Shown: in pieces, positions 9,089 to 17,851 of the stretch
Position numbering within the stretch: the first letter of the stretch is position 1
Layout: each line of letters starts with the position of its first letter
Source of the DNA: a virus
Taxonomy: Duplodnaviria > Caudoviricetes
Virus record (IMG/VR): IMGVR_UViG_3300038530_001000
Span: 1-54,267 of that record
Strand: one strand, 5' to 3'
Length of the DNA: 54,267 nucleotides
Made by a program: the position numbers and the translations under genes
The notes under the pieces: generated by a model
What the model was told of the DNA's origin: nothing
What the model saw: only the letters and a program-made list of their open reading frames with translations
The model's database searches: none

Positions 9089-9374
9089 TATCCTTGCCCC
9101 TTTGCTTGCGGATGGCCTCTTTACCTTTCCTAGCAATCTCTGCCTGCCTTGGTTTTTTAGCAAACTTAGCCCGCTGCTCCAAGACAGTTAGGATCTGTAT
9201 CTTTCTGGCAAAAGGCTTGCGTATCTTCTTGACCTTGGCAACAGTGTCTCGCGCATCCTGAACCGTTGCGTATTTGATCGGCACAGTGTCTTTAGGATTC
9301 TCATCGGTATACAAACGGCGACCACTGCCCTTGGGTTTCTTGCCTGTTCCGACTTTGGGATCTTTCTTTGGCAC
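9072..9374 (-). CDS. Small basic protein
   Basis: KGSGRRLYTDENPKDTVPIKYATVQDA; operon context. Confidence 0.7.
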   Translation of the reverse strand: MPKKDPKVGTGKKPKGSGRRLYTDENPKDTVPIKYATVQDARDTVAKVKKIRKPFARKIQILTVLEQRAKFAKKPRQAEIARKGKEAIRKQRGKDSGSKR

Positions 9375-9391
9375 GCTGTTCGTATATCAGG

Positions 9392-9586
9392 CTAATCCCT
9401 GTAGCCGCCCCCAGCTTCTTTATAACGCTTCGCCAGCATCTGCGCTTTACGCGCAGACCACTGACCAGGGCGACCGCCCTTTCCACTAGCTTTGATTTGG
9501 TTGAAGAGCCTCTTACGCAAAGCTGGCTTCGTATAGTTACCAGCCTCGTTGACGCGAGATTTACTCTTCTTCTTTTTCTCAGCCAT
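9392..9586 (-). CDS. Small basic protein (DUF5872-like)
   Basis: ATG at 9586 (MAEKKKK); NYTKPALRKRLF...GGRPGQWSARKAQMLAKRYKEAGGGY. Confidence 0.75.
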   Translation of the reverse strand: MAEKKKKSKSRVNEAGNYTKPALRKRLFNQIKASGKGGRPGQWSARKAQMLAKRYKEAGGGYRD

Positions 9587-9587
9587 A

Positions 9588-9992
9588 TTAGAAATGCTTC
9601 CTAACTTGCATGACGATGTTATACACGTCTCCACTAGAGTGACCGACAGTCGTAAACTGTATGTCACCCGTCACACCAGAACCCGCATTGTTTGGGATGC
9701 CAGTGAAATCAGTGAAGTCGAGCGTATCTGAAAAGTCTGCGTTCAGTTGCCAAGCCAATACATCAGATGATGCATCAAAGAAAATCTTCACACCCATACC
9801 AATGGTTGAGTAGTAGATCTTTTGGATGGAAACCTTCGTGCAAGCCGCACCAGTCATAGGGTCAACAGCCAGTGCAGACACATCAATCTTAGTAACGGCA
9901 GACTCGCCTGAACCGTCGCTCACATTAGAAAAGCGGAAGATGGCTGTGTTGCCATCGTCCTGTATGGTTTGTGTAGCTACAGCATCAGCCAT
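9588..9992 (-). CDS. Virion structural protein (beta-rich)
   Basis: RBS GGAGG; MADAVATQTIQDDG..., Thr/Ser/Gly-rich; follows capsid genes. Confidence 0.7.
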   Translation of the reverse strand: MADAVATQTIQDDGNTAIFRFSNVSDGSGESAVTKIDVSALAVDPMTGAACTKVSIQKIYYSTIGMGVKIFFDASSDVLAWQLNADFSDTLDFTDFTGIPNNAGSGVTGDIQFTTVGHSSGDVYNIVMQVRKHF

Positions 9993-10004
9993 GATTGCCT
10001 CCTA

Positions 10005-10514
10005 CTATTGATCGGCAAATGCAGGTGCAGTTGTGCTCGTAACATTCCCGAAGATTTGATAGTTCGTCGTGTTCAAACCAACGATGGTTACATCAAATCC
10101 AGCAGGCACATTCAACTGTATGCTGCTGTTAGAGTTGCCATCAGAGAATACTGAACTCACCTCGTTACCATCCGTATCTAGGAAAGTAACACCACCAATA
10201 TAAAAATTAGTGTTGCCGGGAGTAAGAATAAGCGCGTCCGTAGCATCAGCAGCGCCACCAGCGTAAACAAACCTAAAAACAGATCCAGCAATAGGAGCCG
10301 GAAGCGTATAAGTATTATCTTGACCACCGTCTGGAACCAGCAGAATTCTGCCGCTGTGGGTTGCGTTAGTTAAGGTTACGTCTGCATCAGCCAAGCTGAC
10401 TGGGCCGTCGCCCAAAGTTGCAACCTCAGTGATAGCCCCAGTGGTCGCATTTTTACTGATCGTCTTAAAGGTGCTTTCGGATCTGATAGCACCAGAGAAA
10501 GTTGTATTAGCCAT
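10005..10514 (-). CDS. Virion structural protein (head fibre / decoration-like)
   Basis: MANTTFSGAIRSE N-terminus, TYTLPAP..G..FRF motif; directly after the capsid terminator. Confidence 0.7.
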   Translation of the reverse strand: MANTTFSGAIRSESTFKTISKNATTGAITEVATLGDGPVSLADADVTLTNATHSGRILLVPDGGQDNTYTLPAPIAGSVFRFVYAGGAADATDALILTPGNTNFYIGGVTFLDTDGNEVSSVFSDGNSNSSIQLNVPAGFDVTIVGLNTTNYQIFGNVTSTTAPAFADQ

Positions 10515-10566
10515 TATGTTCTCCTGTCTTGGCTAGTGTCAGCGTTCCACGTGGAACATCTGTCAG

Positions 10567-10596
10567 GAAAAAAGGAGTGGCCCCGAAGGGCCACCC
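10567..10596 (-). terminator. Rho-independent terminator after major capsid gene
   Basis: Minus strand GTGGCCC-TTCG-GGGCCAC (cUUCGg loop) followed by TCC and a T-run. Confidence 0.9.
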
Positions 10597-10604
10597 AAAG
10601 TGCT

Positions 10605-11513
10605 CTAGCTAGAGCCTGGTGATCCGTAGATTCCAAGTGGGTCAGACACTCCAAAAGAGTATCTTTCCCTGGCTTTGTATCTCACGTTACCAGTATCGAA
10701 GTCACCGTCCATAGACGTTTCTAGCGGAGTACGCTCGAACATCTTCATGCCATTCGGTACATCAGTGATGATGAAGAAAGCATTGCTATCAGTCAGGTAG
10801 TGATTGACTGCGTAGCCTTCTGGGATCGCACCCATGTTACGAATCGCGTTGATGTCGTTATCCGCCGTTCCAACTCGCTGAGTGGTTTCTAGCAGACGAT
10901 CTGCTGTAAACATCAGTGCGGGGGGAACAATCAAACGACGTGGACGTGCAGCAATCAGAAGGCCGCGCTCATCTGTGAACGCAGCGATCTCAATGACCGC
11001 ATTTTCCAATGACGTTTCGTTAAGGTCAGCACCCGTAGATGGACGGTTGGAGTTGGTTCCACCGTTTACTAGGGGGTGTGAAGCATTGAAAAGGGTTACG
11101 CCATCTCCAGATTGGAAGGTGTCGAAACCATTGTTCAGCGGGTTTGCCGCCTTAACTTGCTTGGTGTAAGCCATAGCGCGAGACAGCGCCTTGGTATAAC
11201 GAGCAGAAAGAGAATCGTAGAGATTATCTTCCATGGCCTCCTCCGTAATGGCGAAGCCCATCGAAATTGTCTCGTGATTATACCTGGCTGTAAAAGACTC
11301 TTGTGCTGAGTCGTAGCTCGTTGCCGCACCCTCTGCCTTAACAGGAGCCGCCGCAAAGCCTGACAGCTTCACCTCTTCCTCGAACGAACGATCAGAGCTT
11401 TCAGTCTCATAAATGAGAGTGTGCTCGTCTTCGTATTTTTCATACTCCAACCCGAAAAGGGCATTAAGCCCCGGAAGGAGTTCTTTCAGCATTTGCGCTC
11501 TTGAAATTGCCAT
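10605..11513 (-). CDS. Major capsid protein (HK97 fold, Mu gpT-like family)
   Basis: MAISRAQMLKELLPGLNALFGLEY...GDGVTLFNASHPL...DFDTGNVRYKARERYSFGVSDP; follows scaffold; strong terminator downstream. Confidence 0.9.
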   Translation of the reverse strand: MAISRAQMLKELLPGLNALFGLEYEKYEDEHTLIYETESSDRSFEEEVKLSGFAAAPVKAEGAATSYDSAQESFTARYNHETISMGFAITEEAMEDNLYDSLSARYTKALSRAMAYTKQVKAANPLNNGFDTFQSGDGVTLFNASHPLVNGGTNSNRPSTGADLNETSLENAVIEIAAFTDERGLLIAARPRRLIVPPALMFTADRLLETTQRVGTADNDINAIRNMGAIPEGYAVNHYLTDSNAFFIITDVPNGMKMFERTPLETSMDGDFDTGNVRYKARERYSFGVSDPLGIYGSPGSS

Positions 11514-11526
11514 TGCCTATTACTCC

Positions 11527-12114
11527 TTACACGCCGAGTGCAGTTTCGTATGCGTGACTCAGAGGCAGATAGGTAACAATCACGTCAGTGAAAGAATCAC
11601 CAACAGAGCTTGATGGCCCATCTACGAAGTCAACGATACGCAGTGGTAATGAGTTAGTCGTAGCAATAGTGCTAGCATCTATAGCATTTTTGCTTCGACC
11701 GATTGAGGTTGATCCGGCGGTGCTTACCGCTGATACGTTGTTGCCCAATCCAGTTTGTGCGATGGAGCCATCACCCTGCATACGGAACAACAAGTCAGGA
11801 TCATCGACAACATAACCAACGATATCGTCCGCTGCGGTAGATGCAGGGAACTGTTGGTTAAATGTCTTTTGGTTGGTGCTTGGATCAGTGTAAGCGCAGC
11901 CTACAAAGATACCAACCGTGCCAGCAACAACAGCAGTTGTTACTGCGGCTTTTTCGAGAGTGCCAGCCGCAACCAGCTTCACGAAGTCACCGTAGAAAAT
12001 AGCGGTGCCATAACCACTTGCAATCTTGATGTGGCGAACCTTACCCGTAAAAGAGCCGCTCGCACTCAAGGTATCAACTGGTTCAGCACCCATAGGGGTA
12101 GCAGAAGTAGCCAT
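11527..12114 (-). CDS. Minor capsid / decoration protein
   Basis: IASGYGTAIFYGD, GIFVGCAYTDP, YVVDDPD motifs; directly upstream of MCP. Confidence 0.7.
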   Translation of the reverse strand: MATSATPMGAEPVDTLSASGSFTGKVRHIKIASGYGTAIFYGDFVKLVAAGTLEKAAVTTAVVAGTVGIFVGCAYTDPSTNQKTFNQQFPASTAADDIVGYVVDDPDLLFRMQGDGSIAQTGLGNNVSAVSTAGSTSIGRSKNAIDASTIATTNSLPLRIVDFVDGPSSSVGDSFTDVIVTYLPLSHAYETALGV

Positions 12115-12155
12115 AATGTGGCCTCCTAGTTAATAACCACTAACCCTGCTAAAGG

Positions 12156-12608
12156 TTAGTTTCTTCCAAAAGTAGTCCTAGTGCTACGCTCTGGATTAAG
12201 CATAGGCATTCTAGGGTCACTCTCTCGCAGATAGTTGTTATCAACCGATGACATCTGATTAGACGCGATATCTTGGAAGTGCTTCGTTCTAGCTGCCATA
12301 AGTTCTTCTGGAGCTTTACAAAGCAGCAATCCGCCAACCTCAATGTTGCCCTTGAACTGAGAGCCTATATCAGACTCCAGCATCAGTTCAGGATGATCTT
12401 CAGCCCTCACAGGCTCCCATCCTTCTCTGAACATCTTGGACACATGCGTGTTGTCGGACTGACCCAAAAGCGCCGTCTTGATCCATCTGAACACATAGCC
12501 ATCTTGTGGCTTTGGATCAGGCAAGATCGAGGCAGGCTTCCAACTATCAGTCGGTCGTTGCTCTACTGTTCGAGTAGTGTTCGTTCTTGGTGTGCGCTCT
12601 TCAGACAT
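12156..12608 (-). CDS. Conserved head-module protein
   Basis: W.P.S.LP.P....GYVFRWI...REGWEPVRAEDHPE...VGGLLLCK. Confidence 0.7.
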   Translation of the reverse strand: MSEERTPRTNTTRTVEQRPTDSWKPASILPDPKPQDGYVFRWIKTALLGQSDNTHVSKMFREGWEPVRAEDHPELMLESDIGSQFKGNIEVGGLLLCKAPEELMAARTKHFQDIASNQMSSVDNNYLRESDPRMPMLNPERSTRTTFGRN

Positions 12609-13654
12609 TACGAGGACTCCTTTGCGAGTTGCCTCGCGTACTGTTCAGGGGTTAAACCCAATCTCTTAGCGAGGGAGAGTTGGGTAGACGTTAGCCGTAC
12701 TTTGCGCGGTTTAGCACCGTTGCTCCTTGCGGAGGGTGCCACCACCGTCGGGGGTTGATTGACAGTCACGGTCGCGTCACGCCCATCTAGGTCGCCTTCA
12801 TCCTGCCAATCATGTTCTGGGAAAGCCTGTCGCAGCCGAGTGTCTATCTGTCGAAAGTACTCTTGGCTGTTAGGCTGTATGCCACGCTTTATCAATGCGG
12901 CATGGGTTCCATACGCCAGGCTAGTCATCTCTTCATAGCCATCTTGCATGAACCAACTATTCTTTTCGGCCCACTCTTGGGCCTCTGGTGATACCTGCGG
13001 TGCAGCTTGTTGCTGAACATTCTGAACAGCTTGCTCAGCGATTTGCTGCTGATAGCCCTGCTGTTCGTGTTGTTCACGCTGCGCTTGTTGTGATGCGAGG
13101 TTGTTCTCGTATCTTTCCGCTTCTGACAACTCTGCCTGTGCTCGCATCAATCGCTCTTGAGCACCAACAACGTTATCGGTATCACCCTCTTCGTAAGCTT
13201 TCTTGTAGCTGTTCCTAGCCTCCTGTAAAGCAAGCTCTGCGCGTTGCTTAATCTGAGAAACAAGTGCTGCCTCGCCCCGGTTGATAAGAGCTTCATTCTC
13301 TTGGTTCTTGCGACTAAGCTGTTCAGCAACCCGCACAGCTTCTTCACGCATCTTTTCAGCAGCTTCACGCTTTCTGCGTTCTTCGTGCTGTTCATAGCGC
13401 AGCTTGTTGATCCGTTTCTGAACTTTTTCGCTGTAACCCGAAAGCTCTTCATCATCAATATCATCAGAAGCCGCTTCCGCCTTGGGCGGCCTACGGTCTT
13501 CCTCTGCGCGATCATCGATGATCTCTAATTCAAACTGACCGTCATCATCCACGATATCGTTGGACTTCTTGCCAATCTGTGTTCTGACACCAAAGAACTT
13601 CTCCTCGGCGCTAGTCATTTGCTCCTGATCGGAGTCGAGTTGTGCTTCGCTCAT
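12608..13654 (-). CDS. Capsid scaffolding protein
   Basis: Acidic N-terminus, long coiled coil, C-terminal VRLTSTQLSLAKRLGLTPEQYA helix; between portal and MCP. Confidence 0.8.
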   Translation of the reverse strand: MSEAQLDSDQEQMTSAEEKFFGVRTQIGKKSNDIVDDDGQFELEIIDDRAEEDRRPPKAEAASDDIDDEELSGYSEKVQKRINKLRYEQHEERRKREAAEKMREEAVRVAEQLSRKNQENEALINRGEAALVSQIKQRAELALQEARNSYKKAYEEGDTDNVVGAQERLMRAQAELSEAERYENNLASQQAQREQHEQQGYQQQIAEQAVQNVQQQAAPQVSPEAQEWAEKNSWFMQDGYEEMTSLAYGTHAALIKRGIQPNSQEYFRQIDTRLRQAFPEHDWQDEGDLDGRDATVTVNQPPTVVAPSARSNGAKPRKVRLTSTQLSLAKRLGLTPEQYARQLAKESS

Positions 13655-14067
13655 ACCTTCAATATCCCCCTTGGATCTTCAACAACCGCCTCGACTGAAT
13701 CATCGTTGATCAACCGAAACTCTTTGCCATGCACCTTAAACCGTGTGCCGGAGTAAGATCTCATCAGGATAAAGTCACCCTCCTTACACAGAGGCCCAGA
13801 CGGGAATCGGTTAGGATCATTGTAAGCATCGGCTCCAAGCTTGAGAACCATGCCAACAATAGACCCTACCTCTTCGTCATGCAGAGTTTTGGCGGCTTTG
13901 AGTATGCCCCCCTCTGTCATTTCATCCGGCTCTGGTAGAGCGATTAACAGTTTGTAACCTCTAGGGTCAGGCAACTGTGCAGCCTTGCGAGTCTCTTCAT
14001 CCTCGTTCGTTGTGTCTATCGATACGGAGACCGCACCGACATCACCTTTTGCTAATGCTTCAGACAT
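13651..14067 (-). CDS. groES: GroES-like co-chaperonin (Cpn10)
   Basis: P.GYKLLI...TEGGIL...VLKLGADAY...GDFILMRSYSGTRFKVHGKEFRLINDDSVEAVV. Confidence 0.85.
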   Translation of the reverse strand: MSEALAKGDVGAVSVSIDTTNEDEETRKAAQLPDPRGYKLLIALPEPDEMTEGGILKAAKTLHDEEVGSIVGMVLKLGADAYNDPNRFPSGPLCKEGDFILMRSYSGTRFKVHGKEFRLINDDSVEAVVEDPRGILKV

Positions 14068-14129
14068 TAGTTAGTTCCTATGCACTGGAAAAAAGCGTCC
14101 AGAGTCGCTAATACCGCAATCGCGGTGAA

Positions 14130-14324
14130 TCACTCCTGCTCGTAACGAGACTTGAGATCAAGTATCTCACGCTCCGCTAAAGCTAAACCTTCGATCACGC
14201 CACACGCTTTGGCGTATTCGCTGTAATCTTTACACGCTCCACCACTGATGTGGTCTGCGTATTCGTTCATCTGCTTTCGTATTACGTCCTTCAAGTAATC
14301 AAAGACGTTATCACCATTAGTCAT
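14130..14324 (-). CDS. Small head-module protein
   Basis: G.CKDYSEYAKACGVIEGL; follows portal. Confidence 0.7.
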   Translation of the reverse strand: MTNGDNVFDYLKDVIRKQMNEYADHISGGACKDYSEYAKACGVIEGLALAEREILDLKSRYEQE

Positions 14325-16758
14325 CTAATACTTCTTTTGCGATCTCAATGCCAGCTTTTAATCCTTCGATTTGATCTTTGGATTCTCTGTCAGCGATCTT
14401 AATACCTAGCCGTGCAGACTCTATATCGGCCTGCTGATCTAGCCTTTGCTGATCCAAGTCTGCTCTTGCAGCGGCCTTCTGGGCATCAAGCTGCAATCTG
14501 CCAAGCTCTGACTGTGCCCTTGTTTGCGCCTCTAGCTCCTTGATTTGCAACTCTTTTTGCTGCATTTGGATCACAGGATCTTGCGCCTGCTGTTGTGCTC
14601 TTTGGGCTTGTGCCTTTTGCTGGTTCACACCCTTGAGTTGCTCTGCTGCTTGGCCTGCAAGCCTAGAGATTCTGAACTCAATATCCTCTGGCAGTGGCTC
14701 GCTAGGCGGTGGCAACTCGAAGCCTAGCTCTTGTTCGATCTGCGCCCTGTACTGGAAGGCCAAATGTTCTTGAACGTGGGCAGATAGCTCTGCCATTGCC
14801 TTCTTTGCGTTTGGACTCTTCGACATGATCTCCAAAACGGTTGGATCTTCTGCCAAAGACTTGTGCGCCTGTATGTGTGCTTCGTGATCTTGGTAAGCAA
14901 ACGCCTTGACCGGCTTACCATTGATGATATTCATGTTTTCAGTGATCGGATCAGTCGGCTGCTGGTCATCATCCGTCGGAACAATCTTATCTGCGTCCCG
15001 AATATTCAATATTTCCAGCATTTGCCGGTGCAATAACGGCATGTCGTACATTTCTGGCGCTTGTTGGGCCAATTGTAGTGCCGCTTGGTACTGCATAATG
15101 CGCTGAGCCATGGTTCCAGCGTTAGGATCGCTCACTGGAATGATATCTACCCTGTCATCGAAGTCCGAAGCCACCAATGGCTCCTTATCTTCGTCGTATG
15201 GGTACGCTTGTGGCCCAAAATCACGAACGATATTCGATAATAAGCGTAATTCTGCCCTCATAGAGGCGTGCATACGCGCCTGAACGGCGCTCATCACCTT
15301 CATAGAGCGTTCTAAGATGGCTAATGTAGTGCCAACCGGCGCTTCTGCGTTCATATCCGCTGCTTTTACGTCAGCAGCAGAGGCAAAACGCCGTCCTTCC
15401 TCCACAATGTCGCCCATAAGCTGGTATAAAACCGTGCTTGGCTCTTTGTAGGGCAAGAAACTGATGTTTTCTTTGATCGTTCCGCCCGGAACGTCCACAT
15501 CTCGGAACTCACCAGGCATAATCGGGGTGTCATCACCCTTGATTCGCAGTCCTCTAGCCTTCAAACCACCAGGAAGGTTCGCCAAAGTGCCTGCATCAAC
15601 CAGTTGTCGCAGCAAAGAGGTGGCAGATTTAGCCAATCCACCGATCATGTGGATCAAACCGAAGCCATAAAACCCTAATCCAGGCATATATTGGTAGTGA
15701 ACGAAGTGCTCGCGCTTCATTTTGCGCTCATCACTCTCATACCAGTTACGTCTGATGGACAAAATCGTGCGTGATGACTGATCAATCGTCACCACATACG
15801 GTAACATGATGCCGGTAGGCTGACCTTTCTCGGTATCCTCAAACCCTGGCAGGTCTAAATTGACGTGCATCTCGAGGATTGTGTGCCGATAGTCCATATC
15901 GTAGTTGGCAGAGTCACCCGTCAACTCGTTATATTTCTTTTCTATCTCGTCGTAGTCTGGAGATGGGGCAGGTAACTCCACATCCAGATAAAATCCTGCC
16001 ACCTGAAGCTTGCGAATCTCATTCGAGCTACGCTTCATCACATGCGTCGAACGTTCACAGGTCGCCAGATCGCTGGCACCATAGCTGACAACAAAGTCTT
16101 CAGCCGGTACAAACATACTGCAAGGGCGTCCCATGTTGGGATCGTAGTAAACCTTGCGGAAAGCGGAGCCACCAAGAGGCAGAGAAAACAACATACGCTC
16201 TGTCTCTGAGCGATACTCGGTCATCTTCTCAGTCAGCAAATAGTTCAGATAGTCTTGAACACGGTTTGCTTGGTTTTCTTTCTCGTTGGTAATGGTGCCA
16301 ACGACGGAAGTTTTGACAGGGCCGCTGGCGGGGAACAACTCCTGTATCGCCTGTGACTGAAACTTAATCACCGACTCTGTAAGCAGCGGGTGGAACACCC
16401 CACAAGCACCGTCCCACGGCGTTGTCCTGTCTTCGTGCTTCAGCCCTAAAAGATCCAAACCCTCAACGTAGGTGCGCTCCCAATCAGAACGGCTTTCTTT
16501 GTCTGACTTGAAAGAGCCAATCAGATCAGTAGCGATACCGTACAGTTCGCCCTCATCGATGAACTCAGCAAGGTTGGCATCGTGAGGAACTGCGCCCATG
16601 GGCAACACATCGGGATCGAAATCAATCAGCATCCCGCCATCTTCTGTTTCTATAGAAACAGCTTCAGGATTAACGATCTCTATCTCTAGGTCTGGCTCAT
16701 CGCCGGTTCCCTGAGAAAAGATCGTGTCTGGCGTAGCCAGAGGGCGATCAATAGCCAT
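14317..16758 (-). CDS. Portal protein (P22-like, C-terminal Gln-rich coiled coil)
   Basis: 813 aa; SRSDWE, GSAFRKVYYD, FYGFGLIH...LRQLVDAGTLANLPGG, APVGTTLA; after terminase. Confidence 0.9.
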   Translation of the reverse strand: MAIDRPLATPDTIFSQGTGDEPDLEIEIVNPEAVSIETEDGGMLIDFDPDVLPMGAVPHDANLAEFIDEGELYGIATDLIGSFKSDKESRSDWERTYVEGLDLLGLKHEDRTTPWDGACGVFHPLLTESVIKFQSQAIQELFPASGPVKTSVVGTITNEKENQANRVQDYLNYLLTEKMTEYRSETERMLFSLPLGGSAFRKVYYDPNMGRPCSMFVPAEDFVVSYGASDLATCERSTHVMKRSSNEIRKLQVAGFYLDVELPAPSPDYDEIEKKYNELTGDSANYDMDYRHTILEMHVNLDLPGFEDTEKGQPTGIMLPYVVTIDQSSRTILSIRRNWYESDERKMKREHFVHYQYMPGLGFYGFGLIHMIGGLAKSATSLLRQLVDAGTLANLPGGLKARGLRIKGDDTPIMPGEFRDVDVPGGTIKENISFLPYKEPSTVLYQLMGDIVEEGRRFASAADVKAADMNAEAPVGTTLAILERSMKVMSAVQARMHASMRAELRLLSNIVRDFGPQAYPYDEDKEPLVASDFDDRVDIIPVSDPNAGTMAQRIMQYQAALQLAQQAPEMYDMPLLHRQMLEILNIRDADKIVPTDDDQQPTDPITENMNIINGKPVKAFAYQDHEAHIQAHKSLAEDPTVLEIMSKSPNAKKAMAELSAHVQEHLAFQYRAQIEQELGFELPPPSEPLPEDIEFRISRLAGQAAEQLKGVNQQKAQAQRAQQQAQDPVIQMQQKELQIKELEAQTRAQSELGRLQLDAQKAAARADLDQQRLDQQADIESARLGIKIADRESKDQIEGLKAGIEIAKEVLDD

Positions 16759-17175
16759 CTATCCGTTCTTCGTGAACTTCTGAGTTCGAGCCGCACCAGA
16801 GCCACGGGCAACGGTGTTTCCTCCGTTCTTTCGATCCATCATGGTGGCACCGCCATTCGCCATCATCTTGGGAGACATTCTCACACCATCCTTGGTCATC
16901 ATGCTCATGGTTTTGCCGCCACCCATCATCTTGCCTTTACCATCTACGGTGAAGGAGGGCACCATCTCACCTGTCCTGGGATCTTTAGACATAGGCATTT
17001 TTGTGCTTTTGCCAGATGCCATCATCTTGGTAGACATCTTAGTCTTCTTGCCACCAGCCATGCCCATCTTGGTTCGTCTTCCGCCAGCCATACCCATTTT
17101 GGTTTTCTTGCCACCGGCATAACCCATCTTGGTTTTTTTGCCGCCAGCGTAGCCCATTTTAGACTTCTTCTTCAT
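16759..17175 (-). CDS. Met/Lys/Gly-rich basic repeat protein
   Basis: ATG at 17175; tandem 10-aa repeats KMGYAGGKKT; C-terminal ARGSGAAR. Confidence 0.75.
   Translation of the reverse strand: MKKKSKMGYAGGKKTKMGYAGGKKTKMGMAGGRRTKMGMAGGKKTKMSTKMMASGKSTKMPMSKDPRTGEMVPSFTVDGKGKMMGGGKTMSMMTKDGVRMSPKMMANGGATMMDRKNGGNTVARGSGAARTQKFTKNG
17036..17165 (-). repeat. About four imperfect 30-nt tandem repeats encoding KMG(Y/M)AGG(K/R)(K/R)T
   Basis: e.g. cttgccaccagccatgcccatcttggtt / cttgccaccggcataacccatcttggtt. Confidence 0.85.
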
Positions 17176-17851
17176 CGCCTGCTCCTGCATAGAGGTTATC
17201 GAATACTTGATTTACATCTAACGTGTAATCTAAATCAGATTTGCTGTAGTGAATGTGCTGCGATGGTCTGAAGTCTGGGGCACCTTCGCCCACCTCGAAC
17301 CACGCAGGATGCGTCACTCTAACCCGATTGTTGGGCAAAGCAACGATGTTTCCTGTCCACGGCCCTGCATCCAAAAGCTCCATCACATGCGACTGCTTGT
17401 GTTGTGCAGGATCATCCGCGATCTCATTGTTGGTGTAATCCACGGTGAACAAATACTTAGCCGGATACATCTCACCATCAATCTTTGCCAGCCAAGGACA
17501 CGGCGTACACCGATCAAGCACATACACTGAGTGCTCTCTGGAACTGCAATCCCAAGGCTGCGCTGCCCATGTGGGCATTGGGTCAGGCCACTCTTCTAAC
17601 GGCGTATCAGCAACCAAACCCGTAATCGGCATCCTTGCCCACATCGCACCGCCATGAACATTTGGTTCATCGCTATCGTAGGTTTCTGCCCCGGTGAATA
17701 TCACCTGGAAACTCAAGCTACGACACGGCATGGTGGTTACAGCGATTGCCATCGCATGTAAGAACTCACCGTGATACTTGATGTGGTTGTGTGTGTATTC
17801 CTTCCTAACCCAGCACTTGAAGTACGGGATGTTGCTTTGCAAAAAAGCCAT
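17159..17851 (-). CDS. Conserved phage protein of unknown function
   Basis: NIPYFKCWVRKEY...GGAMWARMPI...QPWDC...YLFTVD...HKQSHV...GNIVALPNNRVR. Confidence 0.8.
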   Translation of the reverse strand: MAFLQSNIPYFKCWVRKEYTHNHIKYHGEFLHAMAIAVTTMPCRSLSFQVIFTGAETYDSDEPNVHGGAMWARMPITGLVADTPLEEWPDPMPTWAAQPWDCSSREHSVYVLDRCTPCPWLAKIDGEMYPAKYLFTVDYTNNEIADDPAQHKQSHVMELLDAGPWTGNIVALPNNRVRVTHPAWFEVGEGAPDFRPSQHIHYSKSDLDYTLDVNQVFDNLYAGAGDEEEV

